Shown here: piece after piece, positions 14,301-24,013 of the stretch
Layout: each line of letters begins with the position of its first letter
Numbering within the stretch: the first letter of the stretch is position 1
Assembly: GCA_949358305.1 (NCBI GenBank)
Contig: OX442314.1
Coordinates: 2,728,001-2,792,000 of the forward strand
Reading direction: 5' to 3'
Length of the DNA: 64,000 nt
Source of the DNA: Strigamia acuminata
Taxonomy: Eukaryota
Made by a program: the position numbers and the translations under genes
The notes under the pieces: model-generated
Database searches by the model: none
What the model saw: the letters and a program-made list of their open reading frames with translations, nothing else
Told to the model about the DNA's origin: nothing

Positions 14301-14683
14301 AGTAGGGGGATAGTGGCAGTCCTGGGCCAGTGGTTGGTGGTGAGGGGGGTGGGGGGTGGTGAGGGGTAAGTAGGGGGAGATAAGGGGAGGGGAAGATAAG
14401 TGGAGGGGGAGATAAGGGGAGGGGAGATAAGGAGAGGGGGAGATAAGGGGAGAGCTAAGTGGGGATGACTAATTGCCTCAATCAATCAATCTTATCATTC
14501 GATCAATGTGCCCTAGGCTATTATTTGTTATTGTTTTTCTTTACTTAAGTACCTTGTTGTTGTTTTTCCCAAATTTTCAAAGGCCCCTTGTTTTTCTTTC
14601 CTTAAGCACCTTGTTGTTGTTTTTCCCAAATTTTCAAAGGACCCTTAGGCTACTTTTAACCAAAGGAGAGATATTATTGGGTA
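14301..14683 (+). repeat. Left terminal inverted repeat
   Basis: Reverse complement of 29377-29759. The first mismatch is at 14684. Confidence 0.96.
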
Positions 14684-14715
14684 GTCATCTTAACCAGTGG
14701 GAAACTGGTAATGGG

Positions 14716-14723
14716 TATATATA
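14716..14723 (+). promoter_or_regulatory. Candidate TATA box for pPolB
   Basis: TATATATA just inside the TIR and about 60 nt upstream of ATG 14783. This suggests 14783 rather than 14711 is the start. Confidence 0.45.
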
Positions 14724-14782
14724 CTTGCAATTCCCTACTCTCTTCTCTTCACTTCTTGCAAGTGCTAGGTACTGTTTGTATC

Positions 14783-17700
14783 ATGGAATTTAACCACATT
14801 CACTCTGAATTTGCTGAGTTGCTTATGGAAATTGAAGAATCTCTCTTTCCACAAGTAAATACGCCTAATCCTCTATCGGATGTTGATGAAGAAAATGGAT
14901 CCAATGATTCTCCATGTTGGATTTATAATCATTCTCCCATTCTTCCAATCTCATCGCCTACCATTATCAACCAGTCTCAACTCATCCCATCTCCAACCAT
15001 CATCAACCAGTCTCAACACGTGCAATCTCCAACCTGTATCCTCCAATCTCAACCTGCATCATTTCAATCATGCAATCCATTGACATCATGTGAGTCTCCC
15101 GTTCCTCTCTTGATTAACCATCAAATTCATAATCAAGTGGGACAACATAATAATTGCGAATTTGAAGAGATGCTTACGGAAATTGAAGAATCTCTATTTC
15201 CTCAAGTTAACACGCCCAATCCTCTACCAGATGATGAAAATGGATACAATGATTCTCCATGGATTTATAATCATTCTCCAATTTATCCACTCTCACCACC
15301 TACCATCATCAACCAGTATCAACACGTGCCATCTCCATCTTGCACCAATGCGTTTCAACATGCGCCAACTCCAACCTGCGACAATCAATCTGAACCTGCA
15401 TCATCTCAATCGTGCAATCCATCGATATCCTATGAGTCTCCAGTTCCTGTGTACCACTACCAACCAAATTTGTGCCAAGCAGGAACAAGCCGCATCGTCA
15501 ATCCCCCATCTCCTATGGCTTTAGTGCAACAAATTGGAGGTGGAGAGAAAGTACATTCATGTGAGTACTGCAATAAAATTTTTTCATGTGTTTCAACGTT
15601 AAAAAGGCATCTTATTCATTCGCATACTCTTGCTAAAAGCACATTCTCATGCCCAATTTGTACAAATATTTTTTCGCGCAAAGATGCTTTGCTGCGACAT
15701 GTTAAAAAAATTCACAATCGCAGCAAAGAGTTATTTCCCTGCAATGTTTGCAAAAAGTCTTTTTCTTCAAATAATAATTTACTTAAACACATGCAAGTTC
15801 ATGTTCATCCTTTACCCGCCGTTCCACATCCACAACCACTACCCTGTGATGATCCTTGTGTTGACGCATTAGAGGGAAACGTCAACACATATAAAATTCC
15901 CGGTAATGATTGTGGTGATTTAAATCACTTTTTCATCCAACACCACAGTCAGGTGAAACGTATTTTAAATTTTCAATTGATTAAAAAGAAAGCGGTAAAA
16001 TATTACATCGCCGTTAAAATACATTTTACTCGATCATCACAGAGTGGTGATACAGAAACCATCGCGTGTTTTCGAAGCATTTGCTATATTGCGCTCGTTG
16101 AATCGGATCTCGAGAACCAATTATTGGAGGCGTACGAGAAAATTAAACGTTCTTGTGCCGAATTTCAACGAGATGGTAGTGGTTGGGTATTTGAAGCGGT
16201 GGTAGAGATGCATGTAAATATTGGTAGATATCGCCCATTGGCTGGAAGATCTTACATCACACTCCCCAAATTTTTAGCAGACAAGAAAGCAATAATAAAT
16301 GTGCAAAATGATGATTCTTTGTGTTTTCTCTGGAGTGTTTTAGCTGCTCTGCATCCTGCACCTTCCCATCCTGAACGTGTTTCACATTATACCAAGTACC
16401 AAAACACTTTAGATTTAACTGGACTTTCATTCCCGATGACAATTCAACAAATCCCCAAGTTTGAATCCATGAATGCAATTAGTGTTCATGTGTTTGGTTT
16501 TGAAAAAGAAGTGTTTCCCCTATACATTAGCAAAATGGAACATAAAACCGAAATAAATTTGTTACTTTTTGCTAATGATCAAACCCAACATTATTGCTGG
16601 ATTAAAAATTTAAATAAACTGTTACATTCATTAACACATCATGATCCCCAAGCTCACTATTGTAAATATTGTCTGCATAGATGTTCGTCAGAACGGATAC
16701 TAAAAGATCACTTGGAGTATTGCTCAACCTACGGGCTTCAAAAAGTCAAATACCCCACCGATGAAACAAAATGGATGCACTTTACTGATTTCCATAAACA
16801 ATTTAAAGTCCCATTTGTAATATATGCGGATTTCGAGTCACTGCTCGTTAAAAATGTTGAAAAAGATGAGACAAGCAAAGTGCAAAAAGTGTCCAAGCAC
16901 GTACCATCGGGTTATGCTTATGCCGTAATCAATACAGAAGGTAAACTGCACCAACCTCCATCGGTATATCGAGGTGAAAATGCAGTTGATCATTTTCTTG
17001 ATCATATTACTAAATTGGAAGTAGAGTTGGAAAAGCTTATGGCTTTAAATCTTCCAATGGATTTATCGAATGAAGAAAAATTGTTTATGGAAAGTGCTAC
17101 ATCTTGTCACATTTGTAATAAGGCATTTTTAAAAAATGAAAAGAAAGTAAGGGACCATGATCATGCTACTGGCAAGTTCCGTGGCCCTGCTCATAATTTT
17201 TGTAATCTGATGTATCGCAGAACATCTAAACAAATTCCTGTTGTGTTTCATAACTTAAAAAATTATGATTCACATTTGTTAATGCAAGGAATTGGAAAGT
17301 ATAAAGATCGTGAAATAAGCTGTATTCCAACCAACATGCAACGATATATTACTTTTTCACTCGGAAATCTTCGATTTCTCGATAGTCTGCAATTTATGAA
17401 TGCATCTTTAGAATCATTGGTTGCTAATTTATTCAAAAGCGATCCAAACCAATTCCGAATAATGAATCAACATTTCAAACCTGATGAAATCGGATTGTTA
17501 TTACGGAAAGGTATTTTTCCATATGAGTACATGGACTCTTGGATCAAATTCAACGAAGTCCAACTTCCTCCCATATCCGAATTTTACAGTACTCTAAGTG
17601 AGCAAAGTGTATCCGAATCTGACTATAATCATGCAAAGAAAGTGTGGGATAAATTCAATATCCAAAATCTCGGTGTTTATCAAGACCTTTATGTTTTGAC

Positions 17701-19240
17701 GGACGTTTTGCTGCTAGCTGACGTCTTTGAAAATTTTCGATCGATTTGTTTAGAGACTTATAAATTGGATTGTTGCAATTATTTCACAACACCCGGTCTC
17801 TCATGGGGGGCATGTCTGAAACTAACGGATGTCAAATTAGAACTGTTAACGGATCCGCTTATGCATGTTTTTATTGAAAATGGTATTCGCGGTGGTATAT
17901 CAATGATTAGCCATCGATTTGCTAAAGCCAATCACAAAGATATAGATGGTTATAAAGAGGACCTTCCATCCAATCACATCATCTATCTCGATGCGAATAA
18001 CTTGTACGGCTGGGCAATGAACCAATATTTACCAACTCATAATTTCAAATGGATACCACCCACCGATGATTTTGATGTGTTAAGCATTAGTGAAACCGGC
18101 ACAAAGGGATATATTTTAGAAGTAGATTTAGAATATCCCAAAGAACTCCATGATTCCCATAACGATTATCCTCTTGCTCCCGAACGACTAACAGTAACTG
18201 AAAACATGTTATCACCCTACAGTCTCGAACACCTTAACCTACTAGAACAAAAACATCACCCATCTCCCAAATTAGTTCCTAACCTTGCTAACAAAACAAA
18301 ATACATTATCCACTATCAAAACCTCCAATTGTATTTGAAATTGGGAATGAAAGTCACGAAAATTCATAAAATTCTGGAATTTGAACAATCTGATTGGCTT
18401 GCAAAGTACATTGGCTTAAATACTGAGTTGCGAAAACAAGCAACCAATAGTTTTCAAAAGGACTTCTTCAAATTGATGAATAATAGTGTTTTTGGGAAGT
18501 CGCTCGAATCCGTCAGGAAACGTGTTGATGTGAGGTTGGTGCAAAATCCAGAGCGAGTGACTAAATTATTAAATTCACCAACTTTTCACGAGTTCAAGAT
18601 TTTCAATGAAGATCTTGTAGGTGTACATTTAAAGAAAAGAAATATCCTATTAAATAGACCCATATACGTGGGCTTTTGCATTCTAGAACTTAGCAAAGTC
18701 CTTATGTATGATTTTCATTATAATCATATCAAAAAAACATATGGGAACAAAGCCAAGTTGCTTTTTACTGATACGGATAGTTTAACGTATAATATCGAAA
18801 CAGATGATATTTATGCAGACATGAAAAAAGATTTAGAAAAATTCGACACTTCAGATTATCCTTCCACACACTCCCTATACAGCACAAAGAATAAAAAGGT
18901 AATTGGAAAGTTTAAAGACGAAATGTCCGGGAAATGCATACAGGAATTTCTCGGATTTCGATGTAAAATGTATTCGTTTAAAACAAAAGATCAAGAAAAA
19001 AAGACAGCAAAAGGTGTACCTCGAAGTGTGCGAAATCAACTTCGCCACAAAGACTACAAAGAGTGTCTATTCAACAAAATAGAAAACGCACGTTCATCAA
19101 ATCAAATTCGCTCTTTCGATCACGAATTATATACAATTTTGCAAAAGAAAATTGCTTTGTCTGCTGGAGATGATAAAAGGTACATTTTGAGTGATGGTGT
19201 AACGACTCTAGCTCATGGGCATTACAATATTATTTTGTAA
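14783..19240 (+). CDS. Protein-primed family B DNA polymerase (pPolB) with a duplicated N-terminal S/P/Q-rich region, C2H2 fingers and an endonuclease VII-like insert
   Basis: ExoI YADFES, ExoII FHNLKNYDSH, KGIFPYEY, YLDANNLYGWAM, KLMNNSVFGK and TDTDS motifs. CHIC...RDHDH..G..RG.AHN.CN matches endonuclease VII-like domains. The ORF is open from 14711. Confidence 0.96.
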   Translation: MEFNHIHSEFAELLMEIEESLFPQVNTPNPLSDVDEENGSNDSPCWIYNHSPILPISSPTIINQSQLIPSPTIINQSQHVQSPTCILQSQPASFQSCNPLTSCESPVPLLINHQIHNQVGQHNNCEFEEMLTEIEESLFPQVNTPNPLPDDENGYNDSPWIYNHSPIYPLSPPTIINQYQHVPSPSCTNAFQHAPTPTCDNQSEPASSQSCNPSISYESPVPVYHYQPNLCQAGTSRIVNPPSPMALVQQIGGGEKVHSCEYCNKIFSCVSTLKRHLIHSHTLAKSTFSCPICTNIFSRKDALLRHVKKIHNRSKELFPCNVCKKSFSSNNNLLKHMQVHVHPLPAVPHPQPLPCDDPCVDALEGNVNTYKIPGNDCGDLNHFFIQHHSQVKRILNFQLIKKKAVKYYIAVKIHFTRSSQSGDTETIACFRSICYIALVESDLENQLLEAYEKIKRSCAEFQRDGSGWVFEAVVEMHVNIGRYRPLAGRSYITLPKFLADKKAIINVQNDDSLCFLWSVLAALHPAPSHPERVSHYTKYQNTLDLTGLSFPMTIQQIPKFESMNAISVHVFGFEKEVFPLYISKMEHKTEINLLLFANDQTQHYCWIKNLNKLLHSLTHHDPQAHYCKYCLHRCSSERILKDHLEYCSTYGLQKVKYPTDETKWMHFTDFHKQFKVPFVIYADFESLLVKNVEKDETSKVQKVSKHVPSGYAYAVINTEGKLHQPPSVYRGENAVDHFLDHITKLEVELEKLMALNLPMDLSNEEKLFMESATSCHICNKAFLKNEKKVRDHDHATGKFRGPAHNFCNLMYRRTSKQIPVVFHNLKNYDSHLLMQGIGKYKDREISCIPTNMQRYITFSLGNLRFLDSLQFMNASLESLVANLFKSDPNQFRIMNQHFKPDEIGLLLRKGIFPYEYMDSWIKFNEVQLPPISEFYSTLSEQSVSESDYNHAKKVWDKFNIQNLGVYQDLYVLTDVLLLADVFENFRSICLETYKLDCCNYFTTPGLSWGACLKLTDVKLELLTDPLMHVFIENGIRGGISMISHRFAKANHKDIDGYKEDLPSNHIIYLDANNLYGWAMNQYLPTHNFKWIPPTDDFDVLSISETGTKGYILEVDLEYPKELHDSHNDYPLAPERLTVTENMLSPYSLEHLNLLEQKHHPSPKLVPNLANKTKYIIHYQNLQLYLKLGMKVTKIHKILEFEQSDWLAKYIGLNTELRKQATNSFQKDFFKLMNNSVFGKSLESVRKRVDVRLVQNPERVTKLLNSPTFHEFKIFNEDLVGVHLKKRNILLNRPIYVGFCILELSKVLMYDFHYNHIKKTYGNKAKLLFTDTDSLTYNIETDDIYADMKKDLEKFDTSDYPSTHSLYSTKNKKVIGKFKDEMSGKCIQEFLGFRCKMYSFKTKDQEKKTAKGVPRSVRNQLRHKDYKECLFNKIENARSSNQIRSFDHELYTILQKKIALSAGDDKRYILSDGVTTLAHGHYNIIL

Positions 19241-19423
19241 AAAGTGTTATTTATTTATTTATTTATTTTGTAAACAAAACTGTTACATATTTTTATTATT
19301 ATTATATCATTATCTTATCATGTAATTTATTTTGTAAATGAAATTATTATTATTATTATTATTATTATTTTTATAAAATAAAACCATTATTATATATATT
19401 ATCGTGTCATTCTTTCACAAACC

Positions 19424-19810
19424 ATGGACAGAGCAGGATTACAGAAAAACCTGATGCTCTTATTTGAAAATCATAAATTATGGATTACGACTGGAAGTTT
19501 CTCTGTTGTTGGATGTTGTATCGTTATTCTACAAATCATGATTCTGATGTACTCTCCTCCAACCTTAATCCAACCAACTGTGGATGTAGTGAAAATGTTG
19601 CCTGTATCCAATGGATGCAATTCCACTTTTGATCTAGGAAATGGAAAACAACTAAATATTTGCAAACGTGGAGATGATGTAATATTTGATATCAGACAGT
19701 TTAGCAGAGCTGGTCCATCCATCAAAGGAATTAATTTAAATTGGTATCAATGGATTAGATTAACTCGAGCAATCTCTTTTCTCCATTCGAATGTAACTAT
19801 TGTTAAATAA
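19424..19810 (+). CDS. PC4-like ssDNA-binding protein with an N-terminal hydrophobic (TM) segment
   Basis: FDLGNGKQLNI...VIFDIRQF...PSIKGINLNWYQWIRL matches the PC4/Sub1 pattern. It is preceded by the hydrophobic stretch FSVVGCCIVILQIMILMY. Confidence 0.75.
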   Translation: MDRAGLQKNLMLLFENHKLWITTGSFSVVGCCIVILQIMILMYSPPTLIQPTVDVVKMLPVSNGCNSTFDLGNGKQLNICKRGDDVIFDIRQFSRAGPSIKGINLNWYQWIRLTRAISFLHSNVTIVK

Positions 19811-19862
19811 ACAAGTGCATATGCAATGATCGAAATATATCTTTATTATTTGTGTATACAAA

Positions 19863-20957
19863 TTATAATGGTGGGTTGTCTCGTAAGTCATCAGCGGGAA
19901 TCCAGGAATTAAATTCATCTCCATAACCCATCCACTTTACAAAATATAATTTATTCGCACCTTTGCCTTTAGACTTTAATACTGTTTCTACAGCATACTC
20001 CGCATCCTTGGGTTTATTAATTTTCTGCAACTCAAATTCATAAAATGTACCGAGTAAAGGTTCATCATTGTAATCTTTAAGCATATAGACAACTTCTGGT
20101 GGTCGGATTAATCGATTGGCAATATAATAAATTTGATGCGAATAGCTTCCCCTGTATCCCTTTCGGAAAACCACTTTTGATTTTGATATTCTAACACCAT
20201 CACCAATATTAAACTTAAATTTTTTATGTCTTTTATTTATTGTATCACCATATAAGTGGTAAAACACTGCCGGTTCTTTCTCTTTCGTAACATCAACAGG
20301 TTTCATTCCTAATGTTCGATGAACGCTATGATTATATGAATCAATAAATGTTTGCAGTTGGTCAATATATCGATGTCTGCCGGTATATGTGAAATAAGTC
20401 CACATTTTCTGCTTTATGGTCCGATTTAATCTTTCACAAAGTGAACATTTAATATCATCATTTTCACTTGTAAAATGTTTGATGTTATTTTTTAGTAAGA
20501 ATTCCTGAAAAGCTTTATTTAAGTATTCTTTTCCCTTATCGGTCTGTAGAAAAAGGGGTTTAGTCTTGGCACGTTTTAGAATTGTTTCAAAAGCTTTTAT
20601 AATATGTTGCGCAGACTTTGTTGGTAAAGCTTCAATATACGCATATCGTGAAAATACATCAATGACAGTCATTAAATATCTATTTCCATCATTTTCCTTT
20701 GCTATGTTTCCAACTTCAACCAAATCCGATTGCCATTGGTAATTAATAGATGGTACAATAGTCTTAGAGCGTTGAAACTTGTATCGAACTGGTTTATGTA
20801 AGGTATATGAGTCTAGTCCTTGTAACCAATCTTGAATCTCCTTTCTGGTAACTTGTACCCCCCGATTACGTGCAGCATGGAACAATTTATCTCGACTACT
20901 AAATCCGGCAGGATTTCTTGGATTAAAGTAGATATCTTTCAATTGTTGCTCTGCCAT
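19863..20957 (-). CDS. Retroviral-like (rve) integrase with a C-terminal chromodomain
   Basis: DDE core motifs WQSDL, IDVFSRY, LQTDKGKEY and ERLNRTIK. The C-terminus YAVETVLKSK...YFVKWMGYGDEFNSWIP is a chromodomain. Confidence 0.96.
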   Translation of the reverse strand: MAEQQLKDIYFNPRNPAGFSSRDKLFHAARNRGVQVTRKEIQDWLQGLDSYTLHKPVRYKFQRSKTIVPSINYQWQSDLVEVGNIAKENDGNRYLMTVIDVFSRYAYIEALPTKSAQHIIKAFETILKRAKTKPLFLQTDKGKEYLNKAFQEFLLKNNIKHFTSENDDIKCSLCERLNRTIKQKMWTYFTYTGRHRYIDQLQTFIDSYNHSVHRTLGMKPVDVTKEKEPAVFYHLYGDTINKRHKKFKFNIGDGVRISKSKVVFRKGYRGSYSHQIYYIANRLIRPPEVVYMLKDYNDEPLLGTFYEFELQKINKPKDAEYAVETVLKSKGKGANKLYFVKWMGYGDEFNSWIPADDLRDNPPL

Positions 20958-20997
20958 ATGTTTTTCTAACTTTGTTCTATGCTCCTAGTTATACTGT

Positions 20998-21888
20998 TTA
21001 TTTCTTTATTTTTTTTCTTTTTTGTGAACCGGAACTTGGTGTTTTATATTTGAATAAACTCTCGTCTTGATCTCGTTGAAATCTTAAAGATTTGTTTGGT
21101 GTTCCGTAATGTGCCCAAGTGTTCTCTAAGTCTGACAGCTCTTGATCTTGATCTGATAGTGTTTGATTATTGATGATGGAGTCATTTCCACTCAATGACT
21201 CTCTATGAATGTCCCTAGTAATTGTGGGAGTTGAAGTGCTCATCGGTCTAATTAATTCCTTTCTTAAATTCTTGTTTATAATGTATTCTTTTGGTACATT
21301 TGAATCAATCAAAATTTTAATATACTCTGACTGACCAATCGGAATTACATTTTGCTTCGGGCGGTTTCTTATGGTATAGTTTATAAGATCAGCTTTGGTT
21401 GTATTTGGAATTTTTACTCCATCTATAATCATTTCCGATAGATTGCTCCATTTCAACCTTGGATTCAAATTCATAACTTCCATTAACGCAATAGCTTGTT
21501 TCTTTTGATCTTTTGACATTTTATTCAACATTATTTTATCCAATGGTTGAAGAACAAATGGCGATTGAGATGTGGATAAGTGCGAAACAATTGGTGGTGG
21601 TGATTGAGGTGGAGATGCGGATTGAGTTGGAGGTGATATAGTAACAGTTTTTGGTGCATTTAATTGTTTAATTAGCTTTTGTTTAAAGTTTCCAAATTGC
21701 GATTGAAGTGTCGATATAAGTTTAGCTTTCATTTCATCATTCAAGTTTGCATCATTGAAAATTTCCTCTATTGACGATTCAATCTTTTGCAATTTTTGAT
21801 ATTGCGGATCAATATCATCATAGTTCTTTTTCGAATATTGTAAAGATGACATCATTTCCTGCGGTACTAAAACCATTTTCCTAGCCAT
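20998..21888 (-). CDS. Conserved Maverick hypothetical protein (296 aa)
   Basis: Intact ORF between the integrase and ATPase genes. It has a MARKMVLVP start, a W....E.IIDG..IP motif and a C-terminal basic NLS-like tail. Confidence 0.75.
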   Translation of the reverse strand: MARKMVLVPQEMMSSLQYSKKNYDDIDPQYQKLQKIESSIEEIFNDANLNDEMKAKLISTLQSQFGNFKQKLIKQLNAPKTVTISPPTQSASPPQSPPPIVSHLSTSQSPFVLQPLDKIMLNKMSKDQKKQAIALMEVMNLNPRLKWSNLSEMIIDGVKIPNTTKADLINYTIRNRPKQNVIPIGQSEYIKILIDSNVPKEYIINKNLRKELIRPMSTSTPTITRDIHRESLSGNDSIINNQTLSDQDQELSDLENTWAHYGTPNKSLRFQRDQDESLFKYKTPSSGSQKRKKIKK

Positions 21889-22216
21889 TTTGTTTACTAA
21901 TTAGTTTACCTACTAATGCTCCAATAATTGGGGCGAGTAGTTGCGGTAAAAATCCACCAGTTTGAATGACCAAGTTCCGTCTTTGTTTGAATGAAGATGT
22001 AGGAGTGGCCAATTTTCTTAACAACCTTCTCTTTCGATAAAGTGATTGTTTCTGATTTGCTCCTAACTTAATTGTACCTTTTATAATGTTTAAACAAATT
22101 TCACAGATGGTTTTACAGAAATCATCGTTAGAATGTTTGAGAAAATCCTTGATTTGTCTCTTATTTAAATCGGGAATGGCCCGGAGCACATTGGCGTGAC
22201 GTCTTACTCGTTTCAT
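21881..22216 (-). CDS. Small basic virion protein with an adenovirus pX-like hydrophobic C-terminus
   Basis: K/R-rich protein ending in QTGG-FLPQLLAPIIGALVG. Confidence 0.75.
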   Translation of the reverse strand: MKRVRRHANVLRAIPDLNKRQIKDFLKHSNDDFCKTICEICLNIIKGTIKLGANQKQSLYRKRRLLRKLATPTSSFKQRRNLVIQTGGFLPQLLAPIIGALVGKLISKQNG

Positions 22217-22225
22217 TGGTGGAAT

Positions 22226-22825
22226 CTATATGTAAACTATAGTATATTCATCCGGAAATATATTAGTCTTCACTCTTTGATCTTGGGGTGTATCCGGTTT
22301 CAAATCAATTAATAAATACCCAAAACTTTGCGCTGTTGCATCGTTAAATGCTGACATGAAAAATTTACCTCGCTGTGGGAACATTTGACTCCCTACTTTT
22401 GCGATTTGATTCATATCCCTTGGATTTCGAAAAAGGATTAAATAGTGACTATTTAAAGATAAAGTTCGTTGATATTTGCTTTGATGAAATATGTTTTGGC
22501 ATAAATAAAATACACTAGTGCTCGTATGGTGCGAATATTTAGTCCACAATAACCCAATCTCTTGATTTAAATTTTCCATTTGATCGTCAATGATGAAAAG
22601 CTTTCTCGTTGATGAATCCAAAGTCTTTAAATTGGGTAATCCTTCGTGGAACTGCACATTGGGAAATTCGATATACCACTGTTGCCATATTGAATAGTAC
22701 CAGCAAATATCTTGTGGGGGTGGATCAATCATTTTACTCGCATTTCGGATAATTTTCTTACATATCTCCGTTTTGCCCGTACCCGAACTTCCAGAAATAA
22801 TAGCAGTAAATGGATGATGAAACAT
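22226..22825 (-). CDS. A32/FtsK-HerA family genome-packaging ATPase
   Basis: Walker A GSSGTGKT, Walker B LFIIDD, SHH, and R.LSLN..Y..LF.NPRD. Confidence 0.93.
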   Translation of the reverse strand: MFHHPFTAIISGSSGTGKTEICKKIIRNASKMIDPPPQDICWYYSIWQQWYIEFPNVQFHEGLPNLKTLDSSTRKLFIIDDQMENLNQEIGLLWTKYSHHTSTSVFYLCQNIFHQSKYQRTLSLNSHYLILFRNPRDMNQIAKVGSQMFPQRGKFFMSAFNDATAQSFGYLLIDLKPDTPQDQRVKTNIFPDEYTIVYI

Positions 22826-22878
22826 TGTTCATATAAGAGGTGATGTCACCTCAATGATGCAATCAGAAGTGAGCAGGC

Positions 22879-24009
22879 ATGGATCCGGAACAGAGTTTCT
22901 ATGTGAGTCTTCCATCAAATAGCAGCTTAGATTATTACCCGAATAATACATTGACGGAATTTCATACGCAATTACCATCATATATTAATTTAGATGAAAA
23001 TTGGGAAGTGGGTCTGGTTGAATTCCTTTATCCAAGAAGCTGGAGTACTGCTCTATTGCCCCGAGGTGCCGATTTTCGAATACTGAAGAATGAAGTCAAT
23101 GCAATCAAATTTCCACCATTCAAATTTGTGGATGCATCCCTACCGCAGGATAAGCTAATATCCGAGTTTCTTAACTTTTTAAATAATAATTTAACATCTC
23201 CAACCAAGAAAGATGAGAAAGTTAAAGATCTTGACAAAGCATTGCAAAAATTAGGAATTAAATTTCACTGGAATTCCACTCGTTTAAGATTTGAAATAAT
23301 AATTATGCCTAAGTTTCAAGTCATGATCCCGCAGAGGCTGGCATATGTGTTAGGTTTTGTGAAAGATGAAGATGATGATTTTTACGCTGATGAATCCAAG
23401 ACGGCTCGTGATTCTCCACGTCTCACACCAAATCTTATCAATGATAAAAATTGGAATTTATCAATTGAAAAGGAGACTGATGGTAAACAGAAACAAAGCT
23501 TGAAACCTGGAAATTATTCGGGACCTGATCAATTAGTAGATGCTTTAAATCTTAAAGCACTCGTAGTTATTGATAAAGCACCATTTAGTTTTAATATATC
23601 ATCAAAGAAAATTGAGATTAACTTGCCAATTAACACCAAGTTGGTTCTTGATAAAGCCTTGGCATCAACTCTCGGTTTTAATGATTTGCGTGTAATTACA
23701 AAAACAACAGAAGCTTTTCATAAAATGGATGAACAAGTTGGACTATATCATATGTACTTGTATTGCAATCTAATACAACCAAACATTGTTGGGGATACTT
23801 TAGCGCCACTGTTAAGAATAATACAGATTCAAGGAAAAGAGCGAGGACAATACATCTCCCAAACTTTTGAAAATCCACATTATAAACCGCTGGCAAAATT
23901 GCAATTTGAATCCATACAAGTGCTTATAAGGGGTGACACCGGAGAAAAAGTACCATTCGAGTTTGGACGTGTCGTTGCAACGTTACACTTCAGGAAGAGA
24001 TTGGATTGA
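22879..24009 (+). CDS. Minor capsid (penton-like, PX) protein
   Basis: FYVSLPSNSS...NTLTEF...WEVGLVE at the N-terminus and LYCNLI...VGD..APLLR...Y.PL...LHFR at the C-terminus, as in Polinton minor capsid proteins. Confidence 0.85.
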   Translation: MDPEQSFYVSLPSNSSLDYYPNNTLTEFHTQLPSYINLDENWEVGLVEFLYPRSWSTALLPRGADFRILKNEVNAIKFPPFKFVDASLPQDKLISEFLNFLNNNLTSPTKKDEKVKDLDKALQKLGIKFHWNSTRLRFEIIIMPKFQVMIPQRLAYVLGFVKDEDDDFYADESKTARDSPRLTPNLINDKNWNLSIEKETDGKQKQSLKPGNYSGPDQLVDALNLKALVVIDKAPFSFNISSKKIEINLPINTKLVLDKALASTLGFNDLRVITKTTEAFHKMDEQVGLYHMYLYCNLIQPNIVGDTLAPLLRIIQIQGKERGQYISQTFENPHYKPLAKLQFESIQVLIRGDTGEKVPFEFGRVVATLHFRKRLD

Positions 24010-24013
24010 CAAG

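Noticed and set aside
14258..14793. ORFs within the TIRs, mirrored at 29360-29769
   Set aside because: They are low-complexity TIR translations with non-ATG starts.
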